Source: Catajapyx aquilonaris (Eukaryota). Taken from it: 55,314 nt of DNA. The first letter of the stretch is position 1; every line of letters starts with the position of its first letter. The translations under genes and the position numbers were made by a program. Of the stretch, positions 1 through 12,311 are shown piece by piece. The notes under the pieces are model-generated. The model was not told the origin of the DNA and ran no database searches. It saw only the letters and a list, made by a program, of their open reading frames with translations. The stretch spans positions 1 to 55,314 of the forward strand of contig JYFJ02002530.1 of NCBI GenBank assembly GCA_000934665.2, written 5' to 3'.

Positions 1-159
1 CGCCTCCCGCGTGACGCGTCTGAGCGCACCCGTTCCTTGTCTATGAACCCCCTCTAGATGGCGTTTCCGGACACGGGTTCCTATGTCAAAAATACTTCTC
101 TTGGTCCCCTCTATTACCCCTGAAAGTCTTTGCAGAGTTACAATAAACACCCTGTATAT

Positions 160-398
160 GGGGAGGCATGGTGGTCTGGTGGTTACGCCACTGGCCAGCC
201 AAGCGGGAGGCCGGGGTTCAAATCCCGTCCTCTGCTTGGCCGGATCTCCTTCCGCTTTTTACCCGACATGCCGGGGCAGAATTGCACTCCCTACTCTGCC
301 CAGGGCCAGGAGAAAAGGTCTGGTGTATTTCAGACTCCCTTGGGAACCTCCCTCTTCCCCCTAAAAGGGCTCCGCCCTATCACGGGGTATTTTTTTTA
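160..398 (+). mobile_element. tRNA-derived SINE
   Basis: A-box TGGTCTGGTGG (172-182) and B-box GGTTCAAATCC (215-225); 3' end CCCTATCACGGGGTA is shared with the SINE at 36158. Confidence 0.8.
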
Positions 399-1177
399 AC
401 GTTATATATCGACATATCGATGTTTGATGTATTGCCATATCGATGTCCAATATGAAGATACTGATATAGTACAGTCAGACCAAAACACATCAGTTGACAT
501 GTCCTTTGTCCCTCTGTACCCGGATTGTGTCAAAACCAAGAATTGCATAATCCGGGTTTCCCATACACTTGAGCTGGGCCAAAATCCGGCCCCAAACAAC
601 CCGACCTATCATCATAAAAAGGGAAAGCGTGGCTATTTTACACTGGATTTTTTGAGTAGGGTGTACCATAGGGGGGGATCGGAAACGTTGTAGTTGTCAA
701 GCTGTCGTTTATTCAGCTTGCTGAGCCAATAGGGTACGTCGTTAACATATGCCTAATTGGGGGTTGTGCAGTGTCACGTTGAGTTTTTTTTTTCTAACCT
801 TGTGTACTGAGCTGACGTTTGTCACATGCAGTGTTTTGTCAAAAAATATAGGACGCCCGCATTTTTATTCGAGAACGAGACAGGCTTATTATTTCAACTT
901 TTTAGAGCGATCAGATTGTGCTCTAAAATAAACACACTGGTTAGTACTGCATATGTTAACATCATGCACAGTTGCACAAAAATGCCCTAATGCTAGCCAC
1001 AATTTTGTCAAAGTTAACCAAACTTTTAAGGCCCAATTTGCTCACTAATGGCGAAAGATTTAATTCTTTCTAGGCAATAGAGGCCATTTATATGGATCAG
1101 TTGGCAGCCGGGTTTTAAATACTTAAAACGACGTCTACAGGCATAAACGTGGGCTTATTGACATAGTAGAGAGTGCC

Positions 1178-2110
1178 TTAGAGTGCAAATAGTGCCAGTG
1201 CCTGCCCTTGAAGAGTAGGCTTGCAGTTCCCCAACCGAACCCAAAATTCGTTCCATGTACCGAAGTTTACAATGCAAGTAACCCTCAGAAGCAACCCAAA
1301 TGCTCTGGAACTCACCCACCAGAACGGGGTTTTCCTAGTGATGAATGGTGCCCCAGGTTCTCCCGGAGTTTGCCAACTTGGCCATCTCACAATGCCTGGG
1401 TTTTCGGAACAAACGTCACTGTGGGCCAACGGGTAAAAATGGAGAGCAGAAAAGACAAAGCGGCATGGTGGTGACCAAACTTGTTCATTAAACTTGGCCA
1501 GGAATCCGGTTCGTATGCATCCCAGGGGTCAGAAACTTGGATGGAATCTCATATTTAAAAAAAAAAAAAAAAGCCAAAATTTTTATTCAGAAAAAAACAA
1601 CGCATTTGCCGCAATTGTTGCCTGTACTAGTTACGAGACAAGCCTTTTGTGTGCACTGCCTATTTGCACTACTTGTTCGGGAAACTCTCTGTCAACCTCC
1701 CCCTAACTAGCAACTTCCCAGGCTCATTTATACTGATACCCATTTAGCTAATATGCTTGTTTCCTGGAGAGCAAGGTAGACCTAAGACCGTTTAATCCTC
1801 GTCGCACCTTCCCAAAACTTGTTGTCGCAAGTACCCAGCGGAGACCCATAATTTTCAAGCTGACCACAAAAGGTGGGAAATGCTGAGCTAACTGCAAAGC
1901 ACTGAAGTCCCCCACGAAATATACCTATACAATGTGAGTATATGTCCTGACCATTACTCAGCGGAGCAACACTTGAAGCGGAATAATTAAGCTCAAACCC
2001 TACTGTGAGCAATTTGCAAGGACTAGTGTCGACTATAAAACAAATGCTAATTACGTCGCAAATTTTTCAGCAACATTTTTGGCACATCCTGTAGCTCTAA
2101 ACGCTTACGA
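1178..2110 (-). pseudogene. cGLR/Mab-21-like remnant (array copy)
   Basis: Colinear fragments LQDV..LLKNLRRN*HLF, GGLQCFAVS..GTCDNKFWEG (ORF 1782-2012; parallels TGLMTFKFS..GPLEEKFLES in the 11.7 kb copy), SLMNKFGHHHAALSFL, IVNFGTWNEFWVRLGN; stops and frameshifts. Confidence 0.6.
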
Positions 2111-2568
2111 ATAATTACAGATTCAAATTTCAACACCCATCTCTCATGGGAAATATGTCCTGGAGGACATGCATATGCCACAAGAAAACTCAATCATGAT
2201 AATGCCTTCTGTTGTAACCAGCACTCACACAGTAACATCTACCACACATAACCTTCTTTTACTGATCTTCATGCAGAGCATCCATGGCGCAATATCGCAC
2301 CTTGAATTATGCATTAATGCTAGAGTACATTGAAGTAGTGCGAGTAGGGCAGCATTTAACAGTAAATGATGGAATTAAGATGCAGTAACGTGCTGTTCCT
2401 CCGGCTACTTTGCCTCCCTGGCACTATCCAAAAGAGCCTAGCCACCTGCTAACACTTCCTGAATTTCTAAGCGGTTAAGCAGGAAAGTGTTTTCGCACAT
2501 ATCGTACCGTATTATCAGGGTTAAAGTCATGGATGGGCTACCATAGTGCTAAAGAGCAGATTAGAATG

Positions 2569-2921
2569 TTTTATGCGAAGTTCTGGATTTAAGGTCTTAC
2601 GACTCGTAAGACCTTAAATTCAGAACTTCGCATAAAAAGGTAGTGTTTACCATATTCTGTAGTTTCGACTTCTTATCGACGATTTTCTATTGCTGCGAAG
2701 TTCGGGATTTAAGTTCTTACGACTCGTAAGACCTTAAATACAGAACTTCGCATAAAAGGGTAGTGTTTACCATATTCTGCAGTTTCGACTTCTTATCGAC
2801 GATTTTCTATTGCTGCGAAGTTCGGGATTTAAGTTCTTACGACTCGTAAGACCTTAAATTCAGAACTTCGCAGAAATTAAAAATCGGCGATAAGAAGTCG
2901 AAACTATGGTAAACACTACCC
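2569..2921. repeat. Tandem 120-bp palindromic (foldback MITE-derived) repeat
   Basis: Three palindrome centres at 2603, 2723 and 2843; the last unit extends to TIR-like GGGTAGTGTTTACCAT...ATGGTAAACACTACCC (2758-2921). Confidence 0.85.
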
Positions 2922-2989
2922 TTAACCAGCGGTTAACCACATTCTGATCCTGTTGTAGTGTCCTACACTGTAGCCGATAATACAGGGTG

Positions 2990-3600
2990 TTTAGTTTCTG
3001 TCAAGAACCCAGTTTGGATCGTGGCTGTGAGATTTAAGTCCGTACTTACTCCATGAACTGTGGAGTTAGGAACCATATTAGCCTTCACATATAGGGCCAT
3101 TAAAAGGCATACTCCATGAACACCACCGTGTAAAACCAAATTTACGACAGGATTAATACTGACAAAAAAAACACACTCAAAGTAATCTGGTGATTTCAAG
3201 CTTGAAAAAAGGTGCAACCAGTGTAGTTAATGCATGACAAGTGCAACCATTTTCCAAAGCCTCTGAAGCCACCTAGATAAGAGACTTATCAACCGAGAAA
3301 TAAGCGCGCAATAAATTCCCGCCACCCTATTGTACACTTCACGACAACTGGTGCACAACTTCGCTAGTGTTGGCGATAACGACACCACGTTCCAAGAATC
3401 CCCCAAGCCGGTTTTATCCCAAGTCCTAGAACGAAAAAAAATAAATCGACAATTCCAGGCCTGAGTCTTAGACAAAATCAAAAAGATGGAACAGGGCCTG
3501 AGTTTCTCATAACCTTATATTTCAGCATGGAGTTCCCCCGCCTTTTTTACCGCCTTTCATTCCGGTCGACATGGCTCGTCCTTCCTTTTAAAACCGGCTA
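2990..3600 (-). pseudogene. cGLR-like remnant (C-terminal half)
   Basis: KKGGGTPC, SWNVVSLSP (ORF 3227-3481), LKSPDYFECVFFVSI and ALYVKANMVPN (ORF 2963-3217) occur in the expected order. Confidence 0.55.
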
Positions 3601-4599
3601 TTGGGAACTATAAGACCCGGGCCAAAATTCGATCAAACGATCCATGTTCCTTCTCACCCCGTTTTTTTTATTTGACGTGAAGAAAAGTCAATTACTCCCA
3701 TTTTTATTTTTTTAAATGTGGGACGATCATTACTGTATCGTTACTGTAGTGAAATACTTAATATAGATCATCGATATTCGATATATCGATCAGATCCACG
3801 GTACAAAATTAGCCAACAAAAGGATCTGTCTTCTCCTTTTCAATCGGAAGTTTGGTTAATTAGGTGCCGAACCGATTAAATAGAAGCCTATTGTTGCATG
3901 ATTAAGGCGAGAGGTTGTGTTGATGCCTAGTTAGGGATTCGCCTGGGGAAGGTCGTATAATGTGTATAGAGAGTGAGCAGCTGTAGGGAAATGCTAAATT
4001 ACCTACTGCATGTTTCCATGAGCATTGCACAAACATTGGCTAATTAATGCTGCTGCTGAAAAGCACAGTTCTATCAGACTTGTCAAACATGTTGACGCAC
4101 AATTACGTCAAGTGTGATTAACCAAGCAATTTTTTTTTATATACGAAGAGTGTATCGGATGTGAGGACAATTTTATTAGCTAGGGTATAGTGTGAAAATC
4201 GTTTCTAAACTGGTTAGAAAAAAAAGGGCTGGGCTTATTTACTGGGCTCTCATTGGAATTGAGCTGATTATTATCGCGGGCTTTAATAGGAGGAATGGAA
4301 AATATGAGGCTATATCCCGAAATTAACGGGCGGAATGCTTTTGATTTAATGCTCGGTTAATAATGCAGTCTTCGTTATGTCAACGCACTGCGGATCTTTG
4401 CATCTAAAAAGCACTTGACACTTGCCCACTGATTGCACAAGCCATAAACGTTGATTGCACCAGTTCACTGCTGACAAGAAATTCGCAAATATAAAAACGT
4501 GCCCCAAAATTTTTAAAACCCCACTCTAAGTGTCAAGTGTCCACATTAAATCTGAATGCACAATATGGTACGTAATGCAGCAATGCGTTGCGATAATAC

Positions 4600-4900
4600 A
4601 CTACCCCCATGAAGCATTATGCAATGTGATAGGATTACGCCATGAATAATTCATACGATCTTCAAATGGACAATAGGGGAACCATAATTTTTTTTTGTAC
4701 TCACGCCATGTGTGCGATGTGTAATTTTGCCCAGGATCTCACTTGCCCCAGATTTTTTCATACATTCCCATAGAAATTGCGTGTCTGACCACCGCTAGCA
4801 TAGAGGATAGTTTCTAAGCAAAAGACCCCCCTCGAATCTCTTCCTTTCCCATTCAATAACCCGAGGAGACGAGAAAGAAAACTACCAGAGGGACATTTTC
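4600..4900 (-). pseudogene. cGLR-like fragment
   Basis: GKGRDSRGVFCLETILYASGGQ ... K*DPGQNYTSHTWR; weak similarity to the copy at 5635-6000. Confidence 0.35.
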
Positions 4901-5219
4901 TTTCTCGGAACCTAGGCAAAAAAAATCTGAAATGGTGAGGATCCCGAAAAAAAAGGTCGAAAATTTGAAAAAAAGGCGAGCTGGCCTACATTACACTACA
5001 ATGGAAAACTAATGGAGCACGAAATCAAAAGCCCAGGCCTTACACGCTACTTCTATACACTGTGCAAGATCCGGATTCATCTTCCGGACCATAAAAGCGT
5101 TGGCCACATATGCATGTTTAAAAAGCTGGTGCTATATGACAGTAAAAGGCTCGGTAAAAGGCTGCAGTCTGAAGCAGCTATAGCTGTACGAAGTAGCTGC
5201 ATGAAGGAGCTGTACAGTA

Positions 5220-5519
5220 CACTCTTAACCATTTACCTTCTATATAGAAGCTAGAAGGTAAAAAGGGGGTCCTTTTTACCCTATAGTTTATAAGGTAATA
5301 CACGCAAAAGTTACCTTCCAATAAAGTGACCCTATAATAATTTACCCTCTAATGTAAGGTAAAAATGGCCAGTTTCTTACCCTCTAATGTAAGGTAAAAA
5401 TAGCGAGTTTCTTACCCTCTAATGTAAGGTGAAAATGGCCAGTTTCTTACCCTTTATTTTTTACCTTCCACATTTATACCTTATATTGTAGGTATATTGT
5501 AAGTAGAATATATTCTGTG
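5220..5519. mobile_element. Non-autonomous DNA transposon with CAC...GTG termini and internal 35-bp repeats
   Basis: TA on both sides; 35-bp units start at 5342, 5377, 5412 and 5447, each containing TTACC...GGTAA inverted motifs. Confidence 0.65.
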
Positions 5520-5634
5520 TAAGCTACCCCAAGTTTTTAAAAGACATCACCGACATTATATTGTCACTACTAGAGAAATTACAATAGTAACAACGTAATG
5601 TCATTTGACACACAAATCAGGGTAAATAATTGAC

Positions 5635-6000
5635 TTACACCATACTACGTATAATTCTGATGATTGATAGCGCCATGATGCATTTTTGACATAATAGGAC
5701 CTGCGACCCAGATATCCCAGCAATTGGCTCTCGTGGTGACGTCCAGATTAATACAGTGTGGTAATTGCAAGCCCACAACGACGGGTAGAGTGCGACCCCG
5801 CCCACACAGGCCCCAAACTGCCTTTGCCAGATGAGGAACGAGCCTGGGCGTCGACCAAGAGGCTCCTCACAGCACAAGAGGACTCTACGCCACCTCCTTT
5901 TCCGTCTTCCATTTTTTTCCAAAGGGTTTTTTTTTTGCCTCTTTTTTCGTTGGAGAGAGGGTCCAGAAGATCCCCTTTCAGGCTAGCAGGGCGAAAAGGA
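5635..6000 (-). pseudogene. cGLR-like remnant
   Basis: GKGGG..RSLLVDA then (frameshifted) IWTSPRE..MALSIIRIIR, matching the GG..VDL..WSLSF.E..AVKLIKKLK order. Confidence 0.5.
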
Positions 6001-6080
6001 AGACGGGCAGAAGTGCTGGGACAATAAAGGTCAGAATGATTGACCGGGGCAAAAACGTAGACGAGAAAAAGGGATCGTTT

Positions 6081-6246
6081 TGTCACGCTACGTAAGCTCT
6101 GCTGCTATAAAACTGCGCTGCTACCGACGCTTTTATTGCATTCTGTACGACGTCGCTCGGGGTATACACCCAAACAATTTAATGGCGCTGATAATACGTG
6201 GACATATGTCAATGTTATTTTGCTGCCATCTAGCGGCAGGATGACA
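6081..6246 (+). mobile_element. Possible short LTR relic (TGTCA...TGACA, internal TATAAAA)
   Basis: TG...CA termini with a 5-bp IR and a TATA at ~6107; adjacent to PBS sequences; no clear TSD. Confidence 0.35.
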
Positions 6247-6290
6247 ACGAGCCTGATTATTTGTAGACTTTGTCGCGATCATGTTTTCTG

Positions 6291-6343
6291 GCCCCACGTT
6301 GGGCGCCAAATTGTCACTAATAATTTGGCGCCCAACGTGGGGC
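6291..6343. mobile_element. Inverted pair of tRNA-Lys primer-binding sites (LTR retrotransposon relic)
   Basis: TGGCGCCCAACGTGGGGC (+, 6326-6343) and its reverse complement (6291-6308); perfect 22-bp stem, 9-nt loop. Confidence 0.8.
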
Positions 6344-6760
6344 AGGAGTAGGTGTATGACCGGCCAAGTTAAGCCCGTCCTTGATCAGCACTTTGCTGGG
6401 ACATCTCTCAACAGGCACAAGCAATCAAAGTGGAATCTCGAAGACACTCTGCAGGGGATCCGACTCGCTAATAAAAAATAGGCGTGAGTAAACTCACTTA
6501 CGCGACAAACCCAGCCACTCTCTCACTTCTTCTCCATTTACCGCAAGGGAATGAAGTTTCACCTCGACGGGGAATTCCCCTACTCTTCTTTCCCATTCGC
6601 TCATCCCAATATCGGTTCTTTCCCTGGGTTTTTTTCGACCCAAGGGATCGTGCGGTGATTCAGACTAACCCTACAGACAATCAAGCCACAGACGGGGAGA
6701 GATTGAGCCAAATGGTGTAAGGCGGGGATGGCTTGGAAATGGAATGGTGCTAGGTCTAGT

Positions 6761-7080
6761 CTACAACGCTGCCCAATGGGGAAAGAACATGGCCGACTTT
6801 TGGACCATCACACCCTCTACCAACCCTTGCACGATTTCAATTTTCACTTTGCCGAGCACGAGCAAACAGTCCAGGGGATGCATGGAACATTGGGCCTTAC
6901 TAGCTAGAGTCCTCTTGTAGGGAAACTCCAAGACTTTCCAGGTCGCTTTCCCTCCTCCTGCACTTAGGAAATTAATACCGGCTTTTCCCCAAATGAGTTC
7001 TAGGGATATACCTATCACCAAGGTTCCACATTCACCAAACTACACTAGTGCAATGGCTTTACCCTCCATGCATCGTGATT
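6761..7080 (-). pseudogene. cGLR-like remnant
   Basis: ECGTLVIGISLELIWGKAGINFLSAGGGK resembles ECANLSLGLS (18.5 kb) and VNLGVP..GLGNVGGG (51.2 kb). Confidence 0.5.
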
Positions 7081-7599
7081 AAGGGTCGGTGGAAACTTAA
7101 GGGAAGGACCAACCTTGGAGAGGATTATGCTATTTATCGGGTATTGATCACAAGACATGAAGGGTCTTTGTGCTGGGAAAATCTCAAGTTTCGTAAGTAA
7201 GTGTACAGTGGCATAAGTTTCGCAAGTAAGTGTACTGTACAGAGGCGTAATTTAAGCAAGTGGTATTAGGAAAGCCAACTTTAAAAAAAATCACTTTCAT
7301 ATGTGATGAGCTATGAATTGTTACGTGTAGCCTACTTATGAGATTCAGGTCACCTAAAAACATATGTTCTTGCTTAATTACATTCGGGGATATTCACTAT
7401 AAAAATTATATTTCCCACTATGCTACAAACTGGAATTATTTACGTACGACGAAACGGAGCATCTCATGATACCAATATCTATAACTTATAGGCGTTTAAC
7501 CCTTAGTTAGTGAGGTGCGGGGCACCTGACTCATTTTTGCATTAAAGCTACAACCATTTGTTCAAAACCAAAAGCCTAATATTGCAAACCACTGACACC

Positions 7600-7870
7600 A
7601 GATAAACAAATAATTATCCACCAGCCATTTGCCGTTTGCTTGCGAAGCAGTGGCAATAAATGAGGCAGTAAAATACTGCAAATGCCTCCAAGGGTGATGC
7701 ACCCTGTACAAATGCGCCATCAGCCCAGATCCCTGATAATGACTCCTATAGTATGGGGTAGGAGGCAAACAGCGAGGTTATTACATTCCAAGCTTTCTGC
7801 AGTGGCCATTCTTGGATTTCAAAGTGACCACTGGTCGGAAAAACAAACGAGAATAAAACCGGGTTCAAAG
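7600..7870 (-). pseudogene. cGLR-like fragment
   Basis: EPGFILVCFSDQW, WPLQKAWNVIT (compare SWNVVS at 3.4 kb). Confidence 0.4.
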
Positions 7871-8489
7871 GAGAATACTGTAATGCACCGGATATATACA
7901 GAGCAATGTCCGCCAATGGCCCAGATTCGACCCCCGGATTTTTGTCCCGAATTCATCTCATTCATCACCCAATCAGCCGTATTTAACATTTACGCGACGT
8001 TTTGACAACGGAAACGCATCGTATAAAAGGGAAGATCCATGCAACCAGCTCTTGTTAATGGCTCTACTAGGCCCCCTATTGTGCACCTGGTTTGCAAGCC
8101 CTGGTTTAGGACTCATTAATCAGTTTGGGGTTAGGCAACGTGTGAAGCTAATCACCAATTTATGTGCTATTTATTTACAATCCGCATTGATAAACACACG
8201 TAATGGGAGCATTGTGCAGTCGTGTCTGAGGACAATGCTTTCATATTTTCACCCAATTACAAAACCGGCTTTATGAGTGCCTGCAGATCGTATTTTTATA
8301 CGAGGTGCTTGTAAACACGGAATATTCATGGAAATGTTGCAAACTAGCTATTTCGGGGTGCAACTGTGATTTTAGTTCCTTATTTGCAGTAGTAAACAGC
8401 TGAATATTGCAATTACGACTATTGCATCTGATATTTTTTTATCCGTCCTCCATCTTTTCCTATAACCCTTCTGACTTCTCAGCCTCAGT

Positions 8490-8750
8490 AGTTTATAACT
8501 CCTGGGTCCCCTTAATACCGAAATCTGGATGTGTGATCACGTCGCCGAAAACGCCGATAGAATCCTCCACATTTCTCCGACCCCGAGACCCACCACCCAG
8601 TGCAAGACCCAGGCTCTTGAGCAATATATCTTTTTTCATTCTGGACACGCCTCGACGCCCTCTTGCTCTCTTCCTCATTATTCTTGTTTGTAGCAAATTT
8701 CTCCATCCGTATTTTCAAGACCGCGCCATCATCGTCCGGCGTGACCTGAA
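8490..8750 (-). pseudogene. cGLR-like fragment
   Basis: LGGGSRG..IGVFGDVI (GG followed by a VDLV-like motif). Confidence 0.35.
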
Positions 8751-8789
8751 TGGTCAAAGAGTCTGACCTCTATTCTGGGTGAAGTCGCC

Positions 8790-9941
8790 CAAGACAGGAA
8801 CTGTAGGTCGCTATTGGTTACATCGCGATATGCCTCCTCCCTATTGGCCGCTGCGGAGTAACTCCCCATCTGATTGGCCGCATGTGGATTTTTGCTCCTC
8901 GTATTATTTCCTGACCTCCTACTGTTCCAACCAAGCGGGTACATCGTACCCAATGAGAATCCGCGATTAAATTTCACACCAGATTGGACAACGTTAAATC
9001 TACCGAGCGAAAAAATCGCGTAGAGAGAACCGTTCTTTTCAGCACCACGCCCTTTTCATTTCAAAGGGAGCTCTTTAAATGCAGAATGTCCCGTTGGCGT
9101 TGGAAGTGACTTGGGGAAATGCGACGGAGGCAAATTAAGGCCAGTCTTTTGTAAGCGATCGCAGTAAATAGAGAATTTTAGTGCCGCACTTCCTTCGCCA
9201 AGGCCTTTCCCTTCACGCCATCTCTGAAATCGAATCTTCTCAAAGGCACGTTTGATCTACCCTCTGAATTTCTTAGAGTCAGATATCCCCGTCAAAAAGA
9301 AAGTACTGGTATGGCTAATGGCATGTACTGCATGGTTATAATACTCTGAAGCATTCTGTTTGTTCCAGCTCCCTCAGCAAGGCAAGACAGCCCGTAAAAA
9401 AGTTTCAGCCCCTCGTTCTTTATTGGCCGAGACACGAAAAATTCCTTATCCAATTTAGCAGTGTGGCGGATAGATTGGAAAATCAATGGCGGTACTCGTC
9501 CAGCTTCAATTTCTCTTAGGCTCCTGGCTTGCTCTTTGACGTTTGACAGCATTATTATCCGATGAAGTTCTGACACATATAGCAAAAAAGTAGTGAAATC
9601 ATTGAATATGTAAGTATGGAATATTCTACTAAAATTTCACTAACTTTCGTATGACACGATTGATTCTAATAAATTCAGGCTTTTTAAAAACCATATGCAC
9701 CATCTTCCCCCTCCTGCTAATTAGTCTCTTCCTGCCATCTCATGCTTCTCCCTTCCCCTTCTCTGCATTGGGACATGACCGCGCGTCCTTATTCCAACTT
9801 GACCGAGAACCCGGGACCCCTGGCCAATCAGGTGGTGAGTTACTCCGCAGCGGCCAATCAGGTGATGAGTTACTCCGCAGCGGCCAATAGGGAGAAGGCA
9901 TATCGCGCTGTAACCAATAGCGACCCACAGTTCCTGACTTG
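8790..9941. repeat. Long inverted repeat pair (8790-8879 / 9822-9941), CCAAT-rich
   Basis: ~90-bp arms are reverse complements; the right arm has an internal 30-bp duplication. Confidence 0.85.
9200..9585 (-). pseudogene. cGLR-like remnant (N-terminal part)
   Basis: IKNEGLKLF..GTNRMLQSI parallels VDNTGLMTF..GVNESFASI of the 11.7 kb copy; continues F*RGYL. Confidence 0.5.
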
Positions 9942-11299
9942 AGGACCCGGGACCGAGGACCGACCAGGTGGACTTTGGGACCAGGTACTTAGATATTAAA
10001 AGCTTTAACATCTATATGTAGCAACCTTATGCCGCGATATTCCGCTCTGAAGTGATACCTTCCAAATAATTGTTTTCCATTTTAGTAACCTAATCTATGT
10101 AATTGGCAAAATTGGTGCAACATTAAAGCTACAAAATGGCTCAGTAAATTTTAATTTCCCCTGCAAATCTCGGAGCGTATGCTAACACATAACTGCATTA
10201 ATCATACCTACAACCTACTCTCAAGGGATAGAACTACTGCAGGGTTCCCACACCGCAGACTTTGCGATGGCAAAAATGGTGAAGAGATCGTTGCAATCGG
10301 CTAATGAACACCTGACGCCATACCAGGCTTGGAGGTATCACAAATGAGCTCAGTTTTCTCGCGCTTGGTTGGGTTTAACAAACGCCTCTAGCTACTTGGG
10401 AAAAGACTAGCACCAGTGTGACTGATGAGCCCGGTCCTATGTAACGATGTGGTTTTTCTAGGTTACTGTTTGCTCCAATCGCAGTCACATTTCTTAGCAT
10501 TCTCTGCAGCACTCAGCCAAAGATAAGGTTTTAATGAGAGAAAATGGCGTGAAACATACTCTCGAGGTACAAAACGACTTGAATCATCGCCTAGATATGA
10601 CCCTGGCATCACTTTTATTATTGCTGCCTTTAGAGAGTGGAATGCGAAAAATGTGCTGCTAACATTTTATTCTCCCCATTAGTTTGATGGGAGGCATGAA
10701 AGTTGCATGGTGCTAAATTACCTCCTTTTAGAGAGCCATAAAAGGCAGCTAACTCGGCTGAAAGGTTTTACCAGAGAGGACGGTACTTCTTTTGCCTTAA
10801 AAAAATTTGTCGCATTTTTTGGAGTCCTGGTGTTCTTAAAAGCATGTATCGAGCTTTAGACGCATCGATTTTAATGACGAAAAAGCGAACTTTTTTTGGC
10901 CAAAAAGCGGATAATAAAGTTTTACAATCAGTAATATTTCCGGTCCGGATTTCAATTCAGGCCATACATGTATTCTGAGTCAGACCTGCCACTTTCAGTC
11001 TCAATCCACAGCCCGGACACGTCCTCCGAAAGTTTTTCCCTCCATTAGATTACCGATTTCTTGCCATAGGGAACGAAACCAGATATTCCGTTTCTTTTTT
11101 TTCTATTCTAGTCTTTCTCAAGGCCATTTTCACTTCTTTTTTTGTACAGTACTAGCGAATGAAAGTTGGCACAAAATTTTACCACTTTCACTCTAATGTG
11201 ATTATAGTTTGCCTACCCTGAGGTAACTGAGAGGTATCATATGTTACATTATGCCACTTTCAGTGATATCATTTATTACAAGACCTATAGCAGTATATT

Positions 11300-11985
11300 A
11301 CAAGACACTTGACAGAAGAAGCTGCTACATTTTTCTTTCATCCAGCTCCAGATGAAAAAATAAGCAAAAGAAAAAGGGTCGAAGGATGACAGCGTTATTC
11401 TTCCAGTTATTAAGTGCTTCCTTTTGAGATTACTTCCTTGTCCGCTATATCCGTTGTTTCAACTGAGAAAAAGGCCAACCGACGAAGCAATAAAGCTTGT
11501 CTCTAATTTCGGAAACGGTACCGACAAAGACTTACGCTTTTCCTACCCGGAATGCAAATAAGGGGTAGTTAATTACCATGATCCATTAGAGAGGGCCACC
11601 TTTTGGTGCAATGTCCTAACTCTAAGACACTTTTCGTAGGGGTCTTTCTCCCAACTTGGGCCCCCCTACGTTAACCCCACCCAACCAAGGATGTCCCTAC
11701 CTAGCCTGATTTATGAGCCTGAAAGATAATACTTTGAGATGGGATTCCTGATTCCAGGAATTTCTCTTCCAGCGGACCGGAAATTGCAGGCACGTCTTTG
11801 ATGCTAGCGAAAGATTCATTCACGCCTCTGCTTGCACTAAATTTGAATGTCATCAGCCCTGTATTATCAACGGCGCTGAACTGATAATTGCAAGGCAGCC
11901 AGGTTGCTGATACATTGATATTTATAGTCGTTGAATCTGAAGGGAACGCTAATGACAGAAGCTGTACAGGGTGAGACATAATTCT
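11300..11985 (-). pseudogene. cGLR-like remnant (most complete by eye)
   Basis: ININV..DNTGLMTFKF..PLEEKFLESG..SIIFQA, then across stops/frameshifts NVGGPK, KRWPSL, VPFPKLETSFI, LSSFDPFSFAYF; colinear with FDLDI..PGFVWLK..LADNDFLDTG..GGP..WP..LSF..E..SSYH.KTAFFH. Confidence 0.7.
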
Positions 11986-12121
11986 GAAACACTTAAGATG
12001 TAGGGATATTGTGAGTTATGACCACTGGGGTCGCTAAGATTCAGAATAGCCTCCTCTGATGCCTCACAACTGAGCTACAGCCTCTCACAGGACCTTCCAG
12101 GACATATTGGACACCCGCCAT

Positions 12122-12168
12122 CTAGTGGGAGCGTCTCATAACATATACTTGTGAGACGCTCCCACTAG
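12122..12168. repeat. Perfect 17-bp hairpin
   Basis: CTAGTGGGAGCGTCTCA-13 nt-TGAGACGCTCCCACTAG. Confidence 0.85.
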
Positions 12169-12311
12169 GAGGTCCTAGCAGGTATAAATCGACACGTTAA
12201 AATATTTTAGTAAGCTTCCCTCATAGCTGCAATATCATTTCCATAACACAATGCATGAATAGGCCTGACCATTCACAGCAGTCCCAGCATATTAAATTTT
12301 CTACCTGAATT

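Noticed and set aside
160..235. tRNA genes at the SINE heads (also 32565, 36158)
   Set aside because: A/B boxes are present but the cloverleaf is imperfect and is followed by SINE body, tail and TSD
6223..6238. CTCF-like GCCATCTAG(C/T)GG motifs (also ~12116)
   Set aside because: Short motifs inside or next to TE relics; no independent support
6567..6578. NF-kB-like GGGAATTCCC sites (also ~51391)
   Set aside because: Several kB-like 10-mers are expected by chance in 55 kb; no consistent position relative to array copies
11640..11700. Alternative family calls (KCTD BTB NVGG, Rossmann GLGNVG, ionotropic receptor, gasdermin)
   Set aside because: Each explains one motif only; cGLR/Mab-21 explains many motifs in colinear order and the unit length
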